A stretch of DNA of 64,000 nt, taken from contig CAJWLU010000012.1 in NCBI GenBank assembly GCA_913043225.1, forward strand, positions 1 through 64,000, written 5' to 3'. The DNA comes from an uncultured Acidobacteriota bacterium. GTDB taxonomy: Bacteria; Acidobacteriota; Vicinamibacteria; Vicinamibacterales; UBA8438. The first letter of the stretch is position 1; the number at the start of each line of letters is the position of its first letter. Under the pieces are notes generated by a model. It worked only from the letters and a program-made list of their open reading frames with translations. It searched no databases and was not told the DNA's origin. Both the position numbers and the translations under genes were made by a program. This document shows, piece by piece, positions 29,777 through 39,815 of the stretch.

Positions 29777-31375
29777 GTGAGGAAGGGCTGCGTACTTCTT
29801 GCCGCGGCGGTGTTGGGCATTTGCGTCGGTGCGCTGCCGGCGGGGGCGCAGGAGTTCGGGACGGCGGTCGAGGCGTTCTGGGCGGCCGAGACGCAGGATG
29901 AGGTCGATGCTGCTGTCGACGCGTTGCTAGCGCTCGACCCCAAGATCGAGCCGCTCTTCGCCAGGCTGCGGGCCGGGCGGTCCTATGGGGTTGACGTGCC
30001 GCGGGGGCGCCAGCTGTTTACCCGGCAGAATGCCGACGGAACCGAGTTTCGCTACGAGGCCTACATCCCGGAGAGCTACGACCCCACCAGGCGGTATCCG
30101 GTGCGGGTGTATCTGCACGGCGGCGTCTCACGACCCCGCCGCGACAATGCGCCGTTCTGGCGGAACGCCGAGCCGTATCTGCGTGACGACACCATCATCG
30201 TCTTCCCAGAGTCGTGGAACGAGGCGATGTGGTGGCAGACCAACCAGGTCGAGAACCTCGGCGGGGTCCTGACGCACCTCAAATCCACCTACAACCTGGA
30301 CGAGAACGCCGTACATCTGGGAGGGATCTCCGACGGGGCCACCGGCGTCTTCTATCATGCGTTCAAGGCTCCCACCCCCTGGGCCAGCTTCCTCTCGTTC
30401 ATCGGTCATCCCGTGGTCCTGGCTAATCCCCAGACCGAGACCCACGGGCAGATGTATGTCACGAATCTCAGGAACAAACCGTTCTTCGCGGTAAACGGAG
30501 GGCAGGATCGCCTCTACCCGATCAGTTCGGTCCTGCCGTTCTTCCAGCTTTTCGTTAATGCGGGGATCTCTCTCGACTTCAGGCCGCAGCCCGAAGGTGG
30601 GCACAACATGGACTGGTGGCCTCAGGAGACGGCCAACGTGGATCAGTTCGTGGCCACCCGTCGCCGTATCCCGATGCCCGACCGGTTGGTCTGGCAGACC
30701 GAATCGGGCGAGCGGTTCAACCGGGTGCACTGGCTGGTGATCGACGAGCTGGGCCAAGTCGACGGCGAGAATGACTTCAGCGAGGACATCTTCAATTCGA
30801 TCCAGCCATCGCCGCCCGGGGTCCCGATCGGATTCGACACGCTCGGCGAGCTCGCCAGCGGAGGGATCCAGCTGGTGGATCTGCTCAAGGGCTCGATGGC
30901 CGAGGTGGCCGGTGTACGGGCCGGCGACGTGCTGGTGGAGATGAACGGGCGAGAGGTGGCTAACGTCCAGGATCTACGAGACGCCGTGCAGGCGCCGCGC
31001 GACAGTCCAGGTATGCCGCTGGCCGTACTGCGAGACGGTGAACGACTGAGCTTAACGCTGGTGCCGCCCGAGGTGGTGCAGGCGCAGCCGGCGCGAGAGG
31101 CCTTCCCGCTGCCCGATCCATCAGGCCGGGCGCAGTTGCTGCGTGACGGCAATCGGATCGGCGTGGTTACCCAGGGGGTGCGACGCTACACGTTGCTGTT
31201 GTCACCCGAGCAGTTCGATTTCACGCAGTCTTTCGAGGTCACAACCAACGGCGTCGTGTCGTTCGAGGGGCTGGTGGAGCCGAGTCCCGAAGCGATGCTC
31301 CGCTGGGCGGGCAGAGACCGTGACCGCACGATGTTGTTCGGCGCCGAGCTTAAGATCGATGTGGGGAGGCCCTGA
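29777..31375 (+). CDS. Secreted alpha/beta hydrolase with PDZ domain
   Basis: LHGG, GISDG nucleophile motif; PDZ-like MAEVAGVRAGDVLVEMNG. Confidence 0.8.
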   Translation: MRKGCVLLAAAVLGICVGALPAGAQEFGTAVEAFWAAETQDEVDAAVDALLALDPKIEPLFARLRAGRSYGVDVPRGRQLFTRQNADGTEFRYEAYIPESYDPTRRYPVRVYLHGGVSRPRRDNAPFWRNAEPYLRDDTIIVFPESWNEAMWWQTNQVENLGGVLTHLKSTYNLDENAVHLGGISDGATGVFYHAFKAPTPWASFLSFIGHPVVLANPQTETHGQMYVTNLRNKPFFAVNGGQDRLYPISSVLPFFQLFVNAGISLDFRPQPEGGHNMDWWPQETANVDQFVATRRRIPMPDRLVWQTESGERFNRVHWLVIDELGQVDGENDFSEDIFNSIQPSPPGVPIGFDTLGELASGGIQLVDLLKGSMAEVAGVRAGDVLVEMNGREVANVQDLRDAVQAPRDSPGMPLAVLRDGERLSLTLVPPEVVQAQPAREAFPLPDPSGRAQLLRDGNRIGVVTQGVRRYTLLLSPEQFDFTQSFEVTTNGVVSFEGLVEPSPEAMLRWAGRDRDRTMLFGAELKIDVGRP

Positions 31376-31538
31376 TCCTCGAGGGTGTCCGGTAATAGAA
31401 CTGCTGGAAGTCGTTCGCGGTCAAAATCCAGTGTGTAGGTGTCCCAGAACCGGCGGGTGCTGTCTGGGGGGCATCGTGTGGGTCTACGAGCCGCGCTAGC
31501 CGCACGTTCCGGCGCAGTTGCTATAGTGCGGGGACGCG

Positions 31539-31880
31539 ATGGCTGGACTGATCAAACTCTACGTCGCAGCCAACGCCACCGATGCCCACATGCTCGTGGC
31601 GCTGCTGGCGCATGAGGGTATCGAGGCGGTGGTTCGGGGTGACGGGTTCGTACCCCTGCAGGGAGGCCACCTCTTCAATATGGAGACCCGCCCCTCGGTC
31701 TGGGTGCTCGACGACGAGTACCGGCAGCGCGCCGAGGTCCTGGCCGGGGAGTTCGCACGACGCGGGCAGGCCGAGGAGGGCGACGAGTGGCGCTGTTCGT
31801 GCGGCGAGCAGGTCGAGGCCCAGTTCTTGGAGTGCTGGAACTGCGGGCGGGGGCGACCGACGTTCGACGTGTGCAGGTAG
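31539..31880 (+). CDS. DUF2007-like protein with C-terminal Zn ribbon
   Basis: AHMLVALLAHEGIEA; WRCSCGE...CWNCG. Confidence 0.8.
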   Translation: MAGLIKLYVAANATDAHMLVALLAHEGIEAVVRGDGFVPLQGGHLFNMETRPSVWVLDDEYRQRAEVLAGEFARRGQAEEGDEWRCSCGEQVEAQFLECWNCGRGRPTFDVCR

Positions 31881-31881
31881 G

Positions 31882-31918
31882 AGAAACCCCGTCTCCGAGC
31901 CGAGGCTCGAGGACGGGG
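31882..31918 (-). terminator. Intrinsic terminator-like hairpin
   Basis: CCCCGTC...GACGGGG stem followed by TTTCT on minus strand, between convergent genes. Confidence 0.55.
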
Positions 31919-31967
31919 CGGCCGAAAAACTGGTGCCGACGACGCCGTTAGGGAAGCGGCCCGCTAC

Positions 31968-33158
31968 CTACGGCAGCTGCGTCAGAGAGCCCTCGTAGGT
32001 GATGGTTTCACCCGGCAGGATCATCACGTCGAATTCGAGCGGCACATACCCGGGTTCGACGACCTCGATGTGGTGCGGTCCCTCTTCGAGCCGCAGCCGC
32101 TGGAAGATCCCGTCGTAGTCGTTGACCAGACCGACGTAATAGCCGTCCACGAAGACTTCGCCGAACCGTGGCTTGACCTTCAGGCGAAGACTGCCGGTGT
32201 AGTAGTCCGACGTTCGACCGTAGCCGGTGTAGAGGTACGGGTCATAGCCGTAGGTGTGACCGTAGTACCCGTTCCAGTACGGGTTGTAGCGGTCGTAAGA
32301 CCCGTAGCCCACTCCGAATCCCCGGTTGAACGTGCTGTAGCCAGGGAAATAGAAATAGCTGCCGTAGATCTGCGGGCCGCCACGATAGCGGCCGTAGTAG
32401 GGGCTCCAGCCTCGTCCATACCCGCGGCCATAGCTACGGCCGCCGCCGTAGTTGTTGATGACGACGGGGCGAGAGGACAGGGGCGGTCGCGCGACGGCAG
32501 TTCCTACGACGTTGCCCGTGGGCGACCGCCGGTCCACGGCGCCGTCGCCCACCACGTTGCCCACGCGGCCGCCGCGGTTGCCACGACCAGGCCGACGGCG
32601 TTGGTCGATGACCGTCGTGCTGCCGCCGGGCGCGGTGACGCGGGCACCGCCGGTCGGCGAAGGCACAAGGGTACGGGCCCGACCGACCGCCGCACCGCCG
32701 CTGCGCGGATTCCGCTCGGGGGATCGCCGTAGGCCTCCACGTCGGGTGGTCCCGGCCGGAGCCACACGGTCGCCGTTGGCTGGCGACACAGGTGCCACAC
32801 GCTGGCCGCCACGATTCGAGTCGGCCCCGTCACGTCGCGGCGCGCGGCGCCGGCCGACGGTCCGGTCGGTCCGGCCGCCGTCGCGGGGCTGCGAATTGGT
32901 CGATGGGGTCCGCCGCGGCCCCTGCCGCGAGGGCCCCTGAGTGCGCGGTGCGGTACGCTGAGGCGCCCGCTGTGGCGGACGTCTGGCCTGTGGGGCTTGA
33001 CGCTGCGGCGCCCGCTGTGTTCGTGCGCGTCCACCCTCCTGCGACGTGCCGGTATCTCGGCGACGGGCACGGCCCTGACCGTCCTCGGAGGCCGCGACCG
33101 GGCCGGTCCAGATAGTCAGCATTAGCGCGCTCGAGAGGACAATGGCAAGGCGAGTCAT
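31968..33158 (-). CDS. Secreted low-complexity protein with C-terminal PEGA domain
   Basis: SD AAGGAG; signal peptide; R/G/P-rich then G/Y-rich segments; GSLRLKVKP...VFVDG...LEEGPHHIEV. Confidence 0.85.
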   Translation of the reverse strand: MTRLAIVLSSALMLTIWTGPVAASEDGQGRARRRDTGTSQEGGRARTQRAPQRQAPQARRPPQRAPQRTAPRTQGPSRQGPRRTPSTNSQPRDGGRTDRTVGRRRAPRRDGADSNRGGQRVAPVSPANGDRVAPAGTTRRGGLRRSPERNPRSGGAAVGRARTLVPSPTGGARVTAPGGSTTVIDQRRRPGRGNRGGRVGNVVGDGAVDRRSPTGNVVGTAVARPPLSSRPVVINNYGGGRSYGRGYGRGWSPYYGRYRGGPQIYGSYFYFPGYSTFNRGFGVGYGSYDRYNPYWNGYYGHTYGYDPYLYTGYGRTSDYYTGSLRLKVKPRFGEVFVDGYYVGLVNDYDGIFQRLRLEEGPHHIEVVEPGYVPLEFDVMILPGETITYEGSLTQLP

Positions 33159-33199
33159 GACGGCTCCTTCATGCAGACGTAACACTACTCACTTGCACA

Positions 33200-33215
33200 A
33201 GCATGACGCGTGCCA
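33200..33215 (-). promoter_or_regulatory. Putative sigma54 (-24/-12) promoter
   Basis: Minus strand TGGCACGCGTCATGCT, about 40 nt upstream of ATG 33158. Confidence 0.65.
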
Positions 33216-33454
33216 GAGTCTGTCGAAAAAGACCCCAGGAAAAAGGGCCTGTCTCGAGGTTCTCCGTGCTCATGGGTGTCCCTCTGTGGGGGCAGTCTGT
33301 CCGGTTCCTAGCACGGTGTACTGAAATAGGTCTCTCTGGTCACGACTCGGCGAGCATACCACCAAGCTGCGGCCTGTCGACTGGCGCTGGCTGCGAGGAT
33401 CTGTCATCCTGGTTTCGACCGGCGAGACGACTCGACCGCCACGAGGTGATGACC

Positions 33455-33676
33455 ATGGGGTTCTGTGAGCATTGTGAAGGCCAGCGGTTCGATCGGGCGC
33501 AGGTGCTCCGCCAGCTCAGAGAGACGCGTGCGCGGCTGCGAGACGGGTCGCTCACCTGCACGGCCGACGAGGCACTGATGCTGGCCATTAAGTCGGTGCG
33601 TGCGCTTGAGATTCCTCACCTCGAGCCCGCCGACGACTTCTTCGACGAGTCAACCGAGGACCACGTGATCCACTAG
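33455..33676 (+). CDS. Small CxxC hypothetical protein
   Basis: SD GAGGTG; MGFCEHCEG, helical middle, acidic tail. Confidence 0.6.
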   Translation: MGFCEHCEGQRFDRAQVLRQLRETRARLRDGSLTCTADEALMLAIKSVRALEIPHLEPADDFFDESTEDHVIH

Positions 33677-35064
33677 TGTCCTGCTACGTCGACCACGACT
33701 CTGTATAGGTATTCGACGAAGAGGCGGAGCCCCTCCAGCAAGATCCGCTCGTCGGTGCCGTGGATCCCGCTCAGCGTGTCCCTGATCATGCCGACGCCGT
33801 AGGCCTGCACGCCTTGGGCGCGTACCTGGGCCGAATCGGTGGCTGCGACCAACATGGTCGGCAGCGTGAGGGCGTCGGGAAACATCTCCTGCTGGGTTCG
33901 CTCCAGCGCCATAAATAGCTCGCTGTCCAGTCGTGACGGCGGTGCCGCCGGACGCATGCTGGTGGGCGGCGTCACTTCCACTGCGGGGTCGTCGATGATT
34001 GTCCGCAGCGTGTCGAGAAACGCGTCCAGGTCTTCGTCAGGCAGGGCGCGGATGTCGAGTTCGGCTTCGGCTTCAGCCGGAATGACATTCCGGCGGAACC
34101 CGCCTGAGATGATGTTGGGTGAGATGCTGGTGCGTAGCATCGAGTTCACGGTGATGTCGTAGCGACGAAGCTCGTACTGGATCCGCGCGGTCTGCAACGG
34201 GTCTTCGAGGTTCCGGTACCGGAACGCCGCCTCGGGGGTGCTGATGGTTGCCAGCCGGGACAGGAAGGCGCGCGTGGTTTCGTTGAGTCGCATCGGCGGC
34301 TGATAGACCCCGATCTTGGCAACCGCGGCAGCTAGGTGGACGATCGGATTGTCGAGTCGCGGAGCCGAACCGTGCCCCGCCGTGCCCCGCGCCACCAGTC
34401 GGATACCTCGCCATGGCACCTTCTCGGTGGTGGCGACGCTGATCGTGTTCACCCTGCCGTCCACGGCTGACATCCGACCACCTTCGTTGATAGCGAATTC
34501 GGCCGCGATCTTGTTCCAGTGCTGCTCGACCATGAAGTCGATGCCGACCTCGGTGGTGCCTTCTTCACCCGCCTCGGCCAGTAAGACTACGTCTCGCGCT
34601 AGCGGGACGTTGTGTGCGACCAGCAGCCGAAGCACTTCGACCATCGCGGCAAGTTGTCCTTTGTCGTCCGAGGCGCCGCGGCCGTACAGATAGCCATCGC
34701 GGATTTCGCCCCCGAACGGATCCATTGACCACTGGGCCGGGTCAACGCCCACCACGTCGGTGTGCGCCATCAGCAGCAGCGGTTCCTTAGAGCCATCGCC
34801 CTCGAGCCTGGCCACGAGGTTGCCGCGCGTTGGATCCAGGGCGTAAATATCCGACCCGATGCCGTCCTCGGCTAGCACGGTTTGCAGATAGCGGGCCACT
34901 TCGGTCTCGTTACCAGGCGGGCTAGTGGTGTCGATACGCACGAGCGCTTGCAGCAACTCGGCGGTTCTGGTCCCGGCCTGATCGAAGTCGGGGGGTTGAG
35001 CCGCCGTGGGTGGGGCGACCAACCAGGTGGTCGTCAAGACTGAACAGAGAAGGAACTTTCGCAT
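33673..35064 (-). CDS. Secreted M20 family metallopeptidase
   Basis: AHTDVV, GRGASDDKG, GEEG, HGTDER. Confidence 0.93.
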   Translation of the reverse strand: MRKFLLCSVLTTTWLVAPPTAAQPPDFDQAGTRTAELLQALVRIDTTSPPGNETEVARYLQTVLAEDGIGSDIYALDPTRGNLVARLEGDGSKEPLLLMAHTDVVGVDPAQWSMDPFGGEIRDGYLYGRGASDDKGQLAAMVEVLRLLVAHNVPLARDVVLLAEAGEEGTTEVGIDFMVEQHWNKIAAEFAINEGGRMSAVDGRVNTISVATTEKVPWRGIRLVARGTAGHGSAPRLDNPIVHLAAAVAKIGVYQPPMRLNETTRAFLSRLATISTPEAAFRYRNLEDPLQTARIQYELRRYDITVNSMLRTSISPNIISGGFRRNVIPAEAEAELDIRALPDEDLDAFLDTLRTIIDDPAVEVTPPTSMRPAAPPSRLDSELFMALERTQQEMFPDALTLPTMLVAATDSAQVRAQGVQAYGVGMIRDTLSGIHGTDERILLEGLRLFVEYLYRVVVDVAGH

Positions 35065-35221
35065 GGGTGACTCGTGTGCTGGGTGACGCCAGCGCCGACA
35101 AAGTGAAAAAGGGGGACAGGCCCCGAGGTTCGTGGCTACGTCGACTACGACCGGGTCCCTCGTGGGCCAAGGCGGCATGGCCTTATTGTGACGTTCTCGA
35201 GGTTGGGGTCACAATCACCGG

Positions 35222-35755
35222 ATGAATCAGACTGCCACCGCGACCCAAGCACTCTCCAGCGAGTTCGTCGAGGTATCCCGAGGTCAGCTGCGTACCAAGT
35301 TGGACCGGATCGAGGTGTGTGTGGGCCGGCTCTCCGAGAAGCAGCTCTGGAGCCGGGCCCACGAAATCGAGAACGCCGTCGGTAATCTCGTGCTGCACTT
35401 GTGCGGCAACATCCGCCAGTGGGTCGTCGCCGGTGTGGGCGGGGCTCCCGACGATCGTGACCGCGATGCCGAATTTGACCGCCGGGATCCGCTGCCCGCC
35501 GCGGAGTTGATTCGCCGGCTTCGTGAGGTGATCGACGAGGCTGATACTGTGCTGGCCCGGTTAACGTCGGCCGACCTGACTGAGCGTCGCCAGGTCCAGG
35601 GCTACGACGTCACCCTGCTCGAGGCGGTGTATCACGTGGTTGAGCATCTGGCCGAGCACACGGGACAGATCATCTGGGCCACTAAGCGTGCGACTGGCGC
35701 TGACCTGGGCTTCTACGCCTACCTGTTAGATCCGGATCGGGCCGCCCGACCCTGA
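35222..35755 (+). CDS. DinB/DUF1572 family protein
   Basis: GNLVLHLCGNIRQW, RDRDAEF, HVVEHLAEHTGQI. Confidence 0.9.
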   Translation: MNQTATATQALSSEFVEVSRGQLRTKLDRIEVCVGRLSEKQLWSRAHEIENAVGNLVLHLCGNIRQWVVAGVGGAPDDRDRDAEFDRRDPLPAAELIRRLREVIDEADTVLARLTSADLTERRQVQGYDVTLLEAVYHVVEHLAEHTGQIIWATKRATGADLGFYAYLLDPDRAARP

Positions 35756-35856
35756 GCCGCGTCTGTCTCCTATCCGTTGCTTTGGGGTCCTCTCGCGGCA
35801 TCTCGGTGTCATTATAGGAGCCTCGTGAGGCGAGTATCTGAGGAAGGAGCGTGTCG

Positions 35857-37203
35857 ATGAGGCGAGGACCCAACCAATGGTGCTTGCTCGCGCTGGCCTG
35901 GCTTGTGCTGAGCGGTGTGACCGCTTCGTCGCAGGAGCGGATCTTCCCGTTCCCGACCACCGAGTTCGAACTGGACAATGGGCTGCGGGTGGTAGGTGTC
36001 GACTACGACAGTCCCGGCATCGTCGCCTACTACACTGTGGTCCGCACCGGGTCGAGGAACGAGGTCGAGCCAGGGTTCTCAGGCTATGCGCACTTCTTCG
36101 AGCACATGATGTTCCGGGGTACCGAGAAGTATCCGACTGACGCCTACACCGATGCTGTCAAACGGCTCGGAGCCGACTCGAATGCTTTTACCACCGATGA
36201 CTGGACCGCGTATCACACCGTGGCTAGCGCCGATGCGCTTGAGACCATCATAGACCTTGAGTCCGACCGGTTCCTGAACCTGGACTACTCGATCGACGAC
36301 TACCGGACCGAGGCGGGCGCCATTCTGGGTGAGTACAACCTCAACTTTTCGAATCCGGTGGCTCTGCTCCGTGAATCGGTGCGCGATTTGGCTTATACGA
36401 CCCATCCCTACAAGCACACGACGATCGGTCTGCTCGAGGACATCCAGGCGATGCCCGAGCACTACGACTACAGCGTGGAGTTTTACGACCGGTACTACCG
36501 GCCAGAGAACTGCTTCATCGTCGTGGTGGGCGACTTCGATCCGACCGAGCTGGAACGTCTAGCGGAGCAGTATTACGGAGCGTGGGAGCCCGGTGACTTC
36601 GAGCCCACCATTTCGGTCGAGCCGCCCCAGACCGAGGAGCGCACGGCCGAGATTACCTGGCCGAACCCGACGTTGCCCTGGATGACCATCGCCTATCACG
36701 CGCCCGCGTTCTCCGACGAGACGATCGACATGCCGGCGATGGACGTGCTCTCGCAACTGCTGTTCTCCCAGACGTCGCCGCTGTTCCAGCAGCTGTATCT
36801 GAGCGACCAGGTGGTCGATGTGCTCTCAGGGGGAGCGGTTGATCACCGCGACCCGCCGCTCTTCGAGGTACTGATCCGGATCACGAAGCCGGATCAGATC
36901 GACTACGTCCGTGACACGGTCCTGGCCGAGATCGAACGGATGAAGACTGAGCCGGTCGATCCGCAGTTGCTCGCTGACACGAAGTCGGCCATGCGCTACT
37001 CGTTCGCTAGCGGATTGAACAGCCCTGGCCCCATCGCGGAGACGCTCGGACACTACCTGCAACTCACCGGAGACCCTGAAACGGTGAACCGCGTGTATGA
37101 ACTGTACGACCAGGTGACGGCGGACGACATCCAAGCGACGGCTGCCAGGTATTTCGCCGAGACCAATCGCACGGTCGTCGTGCTGACGCAGGAGGCAGAA
37201 TGA
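35857..37203 (+). CDS. M16 zinc peptidase, active subunit
   Basis: HFFEH inverted zinc motif, NAFT. Confidence 0.93.
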   Translation: MRRGPNQWCLLALAWLVLSGVTASSQERIFPFPTTEFELDNGLRVVGVDYDSPGIVAYYTVVRTGSRNEVEPGFSGYAHFFEHMMFRGTEKYPTDAYTDAVKRLGADSNAFTTDDWTAYHTVASADALETIIDLESDRFLNLDYSIDDYRTEAGAILGEYNLNFSNPVALLRESVRDLAYTTHPYKHTTIGLLEDIQAMPEHYDYSVEFYDRYYRPENCFIVVVGDFDPTELERLAEQYYGAWEPGDFEPTISVEPPQTEERTAEITWPNPTLPWMTIAYHAPAFSDETIDMPAMDVLSQLLFSQTSPLFQQLYLSDQVVDVLSGGAVDHRDPPLFEVLIRITKPDQIDYVRDTVLAEIERMKTEPVDPQLLADTKSAMRYSFASGLNSPGPIAETLGHYLQLTGDPETVNRVYELYDQVTADDIQATAARYFAETNRTVVVLTQEAE

Positions 37204-38732
37204 TGTCGCGGCGACATACGGCGTGGCTCGGCGGGGGACTGGGGTTAGCGCTGGCCATGGTCGCTTGTAGTGCGGCCGACACGCCGGCCCTGCCATCGGC
37301 GCAGGGGGTTGCCCAGCCGGCGCCGAATTCTCCGTTGATCACGCTGCGGGTGATGTTCGACACCGGGTCCATCGATGATCCTGCTGGTCGCGAGGGGCTG
37401 AACGCCCTGACCGCGCTCATGATCGGTCAGGGGGGGACCGCCGATCTCAGCTACCAGGAACTTACGGCCACGCTCTATCCCTGGGCGGCCAGTATCAGCA
37501 CGCAGGCCGACAAGGAGGTGACGACCGTCATCGGGGAAGTGCACGTTGACCACCTGAAGCCGTTCTACGACATCTTCCGCGAGCTGATCGTGGCGCCGCG
37601 CTTCGACGAGGCGGACTTCGCGAGGAATCGCGACTTCCTGTCCAACGGCATCGTGGCCGGATTGCGTGGCAACGATGACGAAGAGCTTGGCAAGCAGGCG
37701 CTCAACGCCTGGCTCTACGAGGGACATCCCTATGCGGCCACCGAGCTGGGAACCGAGGAAGGGCTGGCCGCTATCACTCTCGATGACGTCGCGGCGCATC
37801 ACGGCGCTCGCTATACGCGGGACAACGTGATGGTGGGTGTGGGAGGCGGTTACCCTGACGGTTTCCTCGCGCGGGTGGAGGCCGACCTGGTTGCCGCGCT
37901 GCCGGCTGGCGACGGTGCCGCTCGGGCGCTCCCCGAACCGCGGCATCTTCAAGGGCACGAGCTGCTGTTCGTCGAGAAGGATGCCATCGCCACCGCGATC
38001 TCGATCGGGTTCCCGCTCGAGATCACGCGGTCCGACGACGACTTCTATCCGCTCATGGTGGCCAACTCCTATCTGGGCGAACACCGCACCTTCAACGGGC
38101 GGCTGATGAACCAGATGCGCGGGTTACGTGGCTTGAACTACGGCGACTACTCCTACATCGAGCAGTTCATTCAAGATGGTGGCTCGACTTTCCCAGTGCC
38201 AAACATCCCGCGCCGGCAGCAGTTTTTCAGCATTTGGATCCGTCCCGTCCCGCACCATAACGCCGCCTTCGCGCTACGGCAGGCGATTCGGGAGCTGGCG
38301 TTGCTCGTGGACGAAGGGTTGTTGGAGGAGGACTTCGAGGCGACGCGCGAATACCTGGTCAACTACGCCAACCTCTACGTCCAAACCACCAGTCGGCGAC
38401 TGGGTTATGCCATGGATTCGCGCTTCTATGGCACCGACTTCTTTGTCGACGAGATCCGGTCCCGTCTAATGGAGCTGACGGTGGAGGATGTTAATGCCGC
38501 GGTCCGCCGACATCTCCAGGCTGACCACCTGGCCATCGCCATCGTGACCAGCGATGCCGAGGGCTTCAGAGATGTGCTGCTGTCTGACGAGCCGCCGAGC
38601 ATCACCTATAACACCGAAGTGAGTGACGACATCCTGGGCGAAGACGAGGCGATCAAGGGCTACGAGCTTTCGATCAACACCGAGCGAATCAGGATCGTGC
38701 CGGTGGAGGAGATGTTCAAGAGGGTGTCGTGA
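37200..38732 (+). CDS. M16 peptidase partner subunit (lipoprotein, no HxxEH)
   Basis: Lipobox-like LAMVAC; RGLRGLNYG R/Y motif; coupled to upstream gene. Confidence 0.88.
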   Translation: MMSRRHTAWLGGGLGLALAMVACSAADTPALPSAQGVAQPAPNSPLITLRVMFDTGSIDDPAGREGLNALTALMIGQGGTADLSYQELTATLYPWAASISTQADKEVTTVIGEVHVDHLKPFYDIFRELIVAPRFDEADFARNRDFLSNGIVAGLRGNDDEELGKQALNAWLYEGHPYAATELGTEEGLAAITLDDVAAHHGARYTRDNVMVGVGGGYPDGFLARVEADLVAALPAGDGAARALPEPRHLQGHELLFVEKDAIATAISIGFPLEITRSDDDFYPLMVANSYLGEHRTFNGRLMNQMRGLRGLNYGDYSYIEQFIQDGGSTFPVPNIPRRQQFFSIWIRPVPHHNAAFALRQAIRELALLVDEGLLEEDFEATREYLVNYANLYVQTTSRRLGYAMDSRFYGTDFFVDEIRSRLMELTVEDVNAAVRRHLQADHLAIAIVTSDAEGFRDVLLSDEPPSITYNTEVSDDILGEDEAIKGYELSINTERIRIVPVEEMFKRVS

Positions 38733-38794
38733 GTCCGCCTTCGCTAAGGCTGCGGTGGGTGGTCCGCCGACCGGCGTACCAGGGGAGAAGAGAG

Positions 38795-39631
38795 ATGCGA
38801 CAGTTGAGGTCTATCGTGACGGTTGGGGTGGCGCTCACGGTCATGGCCGGAGGCGCCTGGGCGCAGGAGCCGGGGTCGGTGGTGGCGGCCGATCCGCGGG
38901 TTGAGGGGCGGACCTACACGTTCCCGGGGACGGGCCAGGAGGTGCCCTACGCGCTGTTCGTGCCGTCGAACTACGACGCGTCACGTGTCTGGCCGCTGAT
39001 GGTGGTACTTCACGGACTCGGACGTCCCTACGACTGGATGATGGGATACGAGGGACTCGTAGATGCGGCCGAGCGTGACGGCTACATCGTGGTGTCGCCG
39101 CTCGGTTATCACCCGCGTGCCTGGTACGGCAGCCGGGGACCCGGCATTCCCAACATGCGCCGGGCCGAGGGTGATATCGAGCTGTTGCCGGAGAACCTCG
39201 GGGAGCTGAGTGAACAAGACGTGCTGAATGTCTTCAACCTCGTGCGCGAGGAATTCAACATCGACGAGGACCGGATGTATCTGTGGGGGCACTCAATGGG
39301 GGGCGCCGGCACCTACCACTTGGCCGCTAGGCACCCCGACCTCTGGGCTGCCGTTGGGGTCGCGGCTCCGGCGCCATCGGTCTCGCCCGATCAACTCGAG
39401 GCGTTTCGTCACGTGCCGATTATCGTGTTGCAGGGCGATCAGGATCAGCTCGTGAACCGTACGGTGCAGTGGGTAGCCAAGATGCGCGAACTCGGTATGC
39501 AGCACGTCTACGTTGAGGTGAAGGGGGGCGATCACTCGCGGTTCATCAATGCGGACCGCGCGATGGTCGAGAAGATCTTTGCCTTCTTCAACATCGCCAG
39601 CAAAGACCAGCGTGAGGCGCCGACGAATTAG
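38795..39631 (+). CDS. Secreted esterase/depolymerase-like alpha/beta hydrolase
   Basis: LHGLG, GHSMGG, QGDQD, GGDH. Confidence 0.88.
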   Translation: MRQLRSIVTVGVALTVMAGGAWAQEPGSVVAADPRVEGRTYTFPGTGQEVPYALFVPSNYDASRVWPLMVVLHGLGRPYDWMMGYEGLVDAAERDGYIVVSPLGYHPRAWYGSRGPGIPNMRRAEGDIELLPENLGELSEQDVLNVFNLVREEFNIDEDRMYLWGHSMGGAGTYHLAARHPDLWAAVGVAAPAPSVSPDQLEAFRHVPIIVLQGDQDQLVNRTVQWVAKMRELGMQHVYVEVKGGDHSRFINADRAMVEKIFAFFNIASKDQREAPTN

Positions 39632-39815
39632 CTGGATTCCTGGCGATCGGTCTGCGTGGACTGCGTTGCGCGTCGGTCACGGTTCGTCTGACTGGGTTCC
39701 CGCCAGTTCGGTGTAGGGTCGTCGGACTGACCTGCTCTCTCGACGGCCGAGCAGTAAATCTCGCTGGCCTCGTCCCAGGTCTTTGCCCTGAGTCCGCCGA
39801 CGCCTGGCTGGGGAG

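Noticed and set aside
39628..39815. AKTWDEASEIYCSAVER resembling a glycosyltransferase C-terminal helix
   Set aside because: Too short, no start signal, likely chance.
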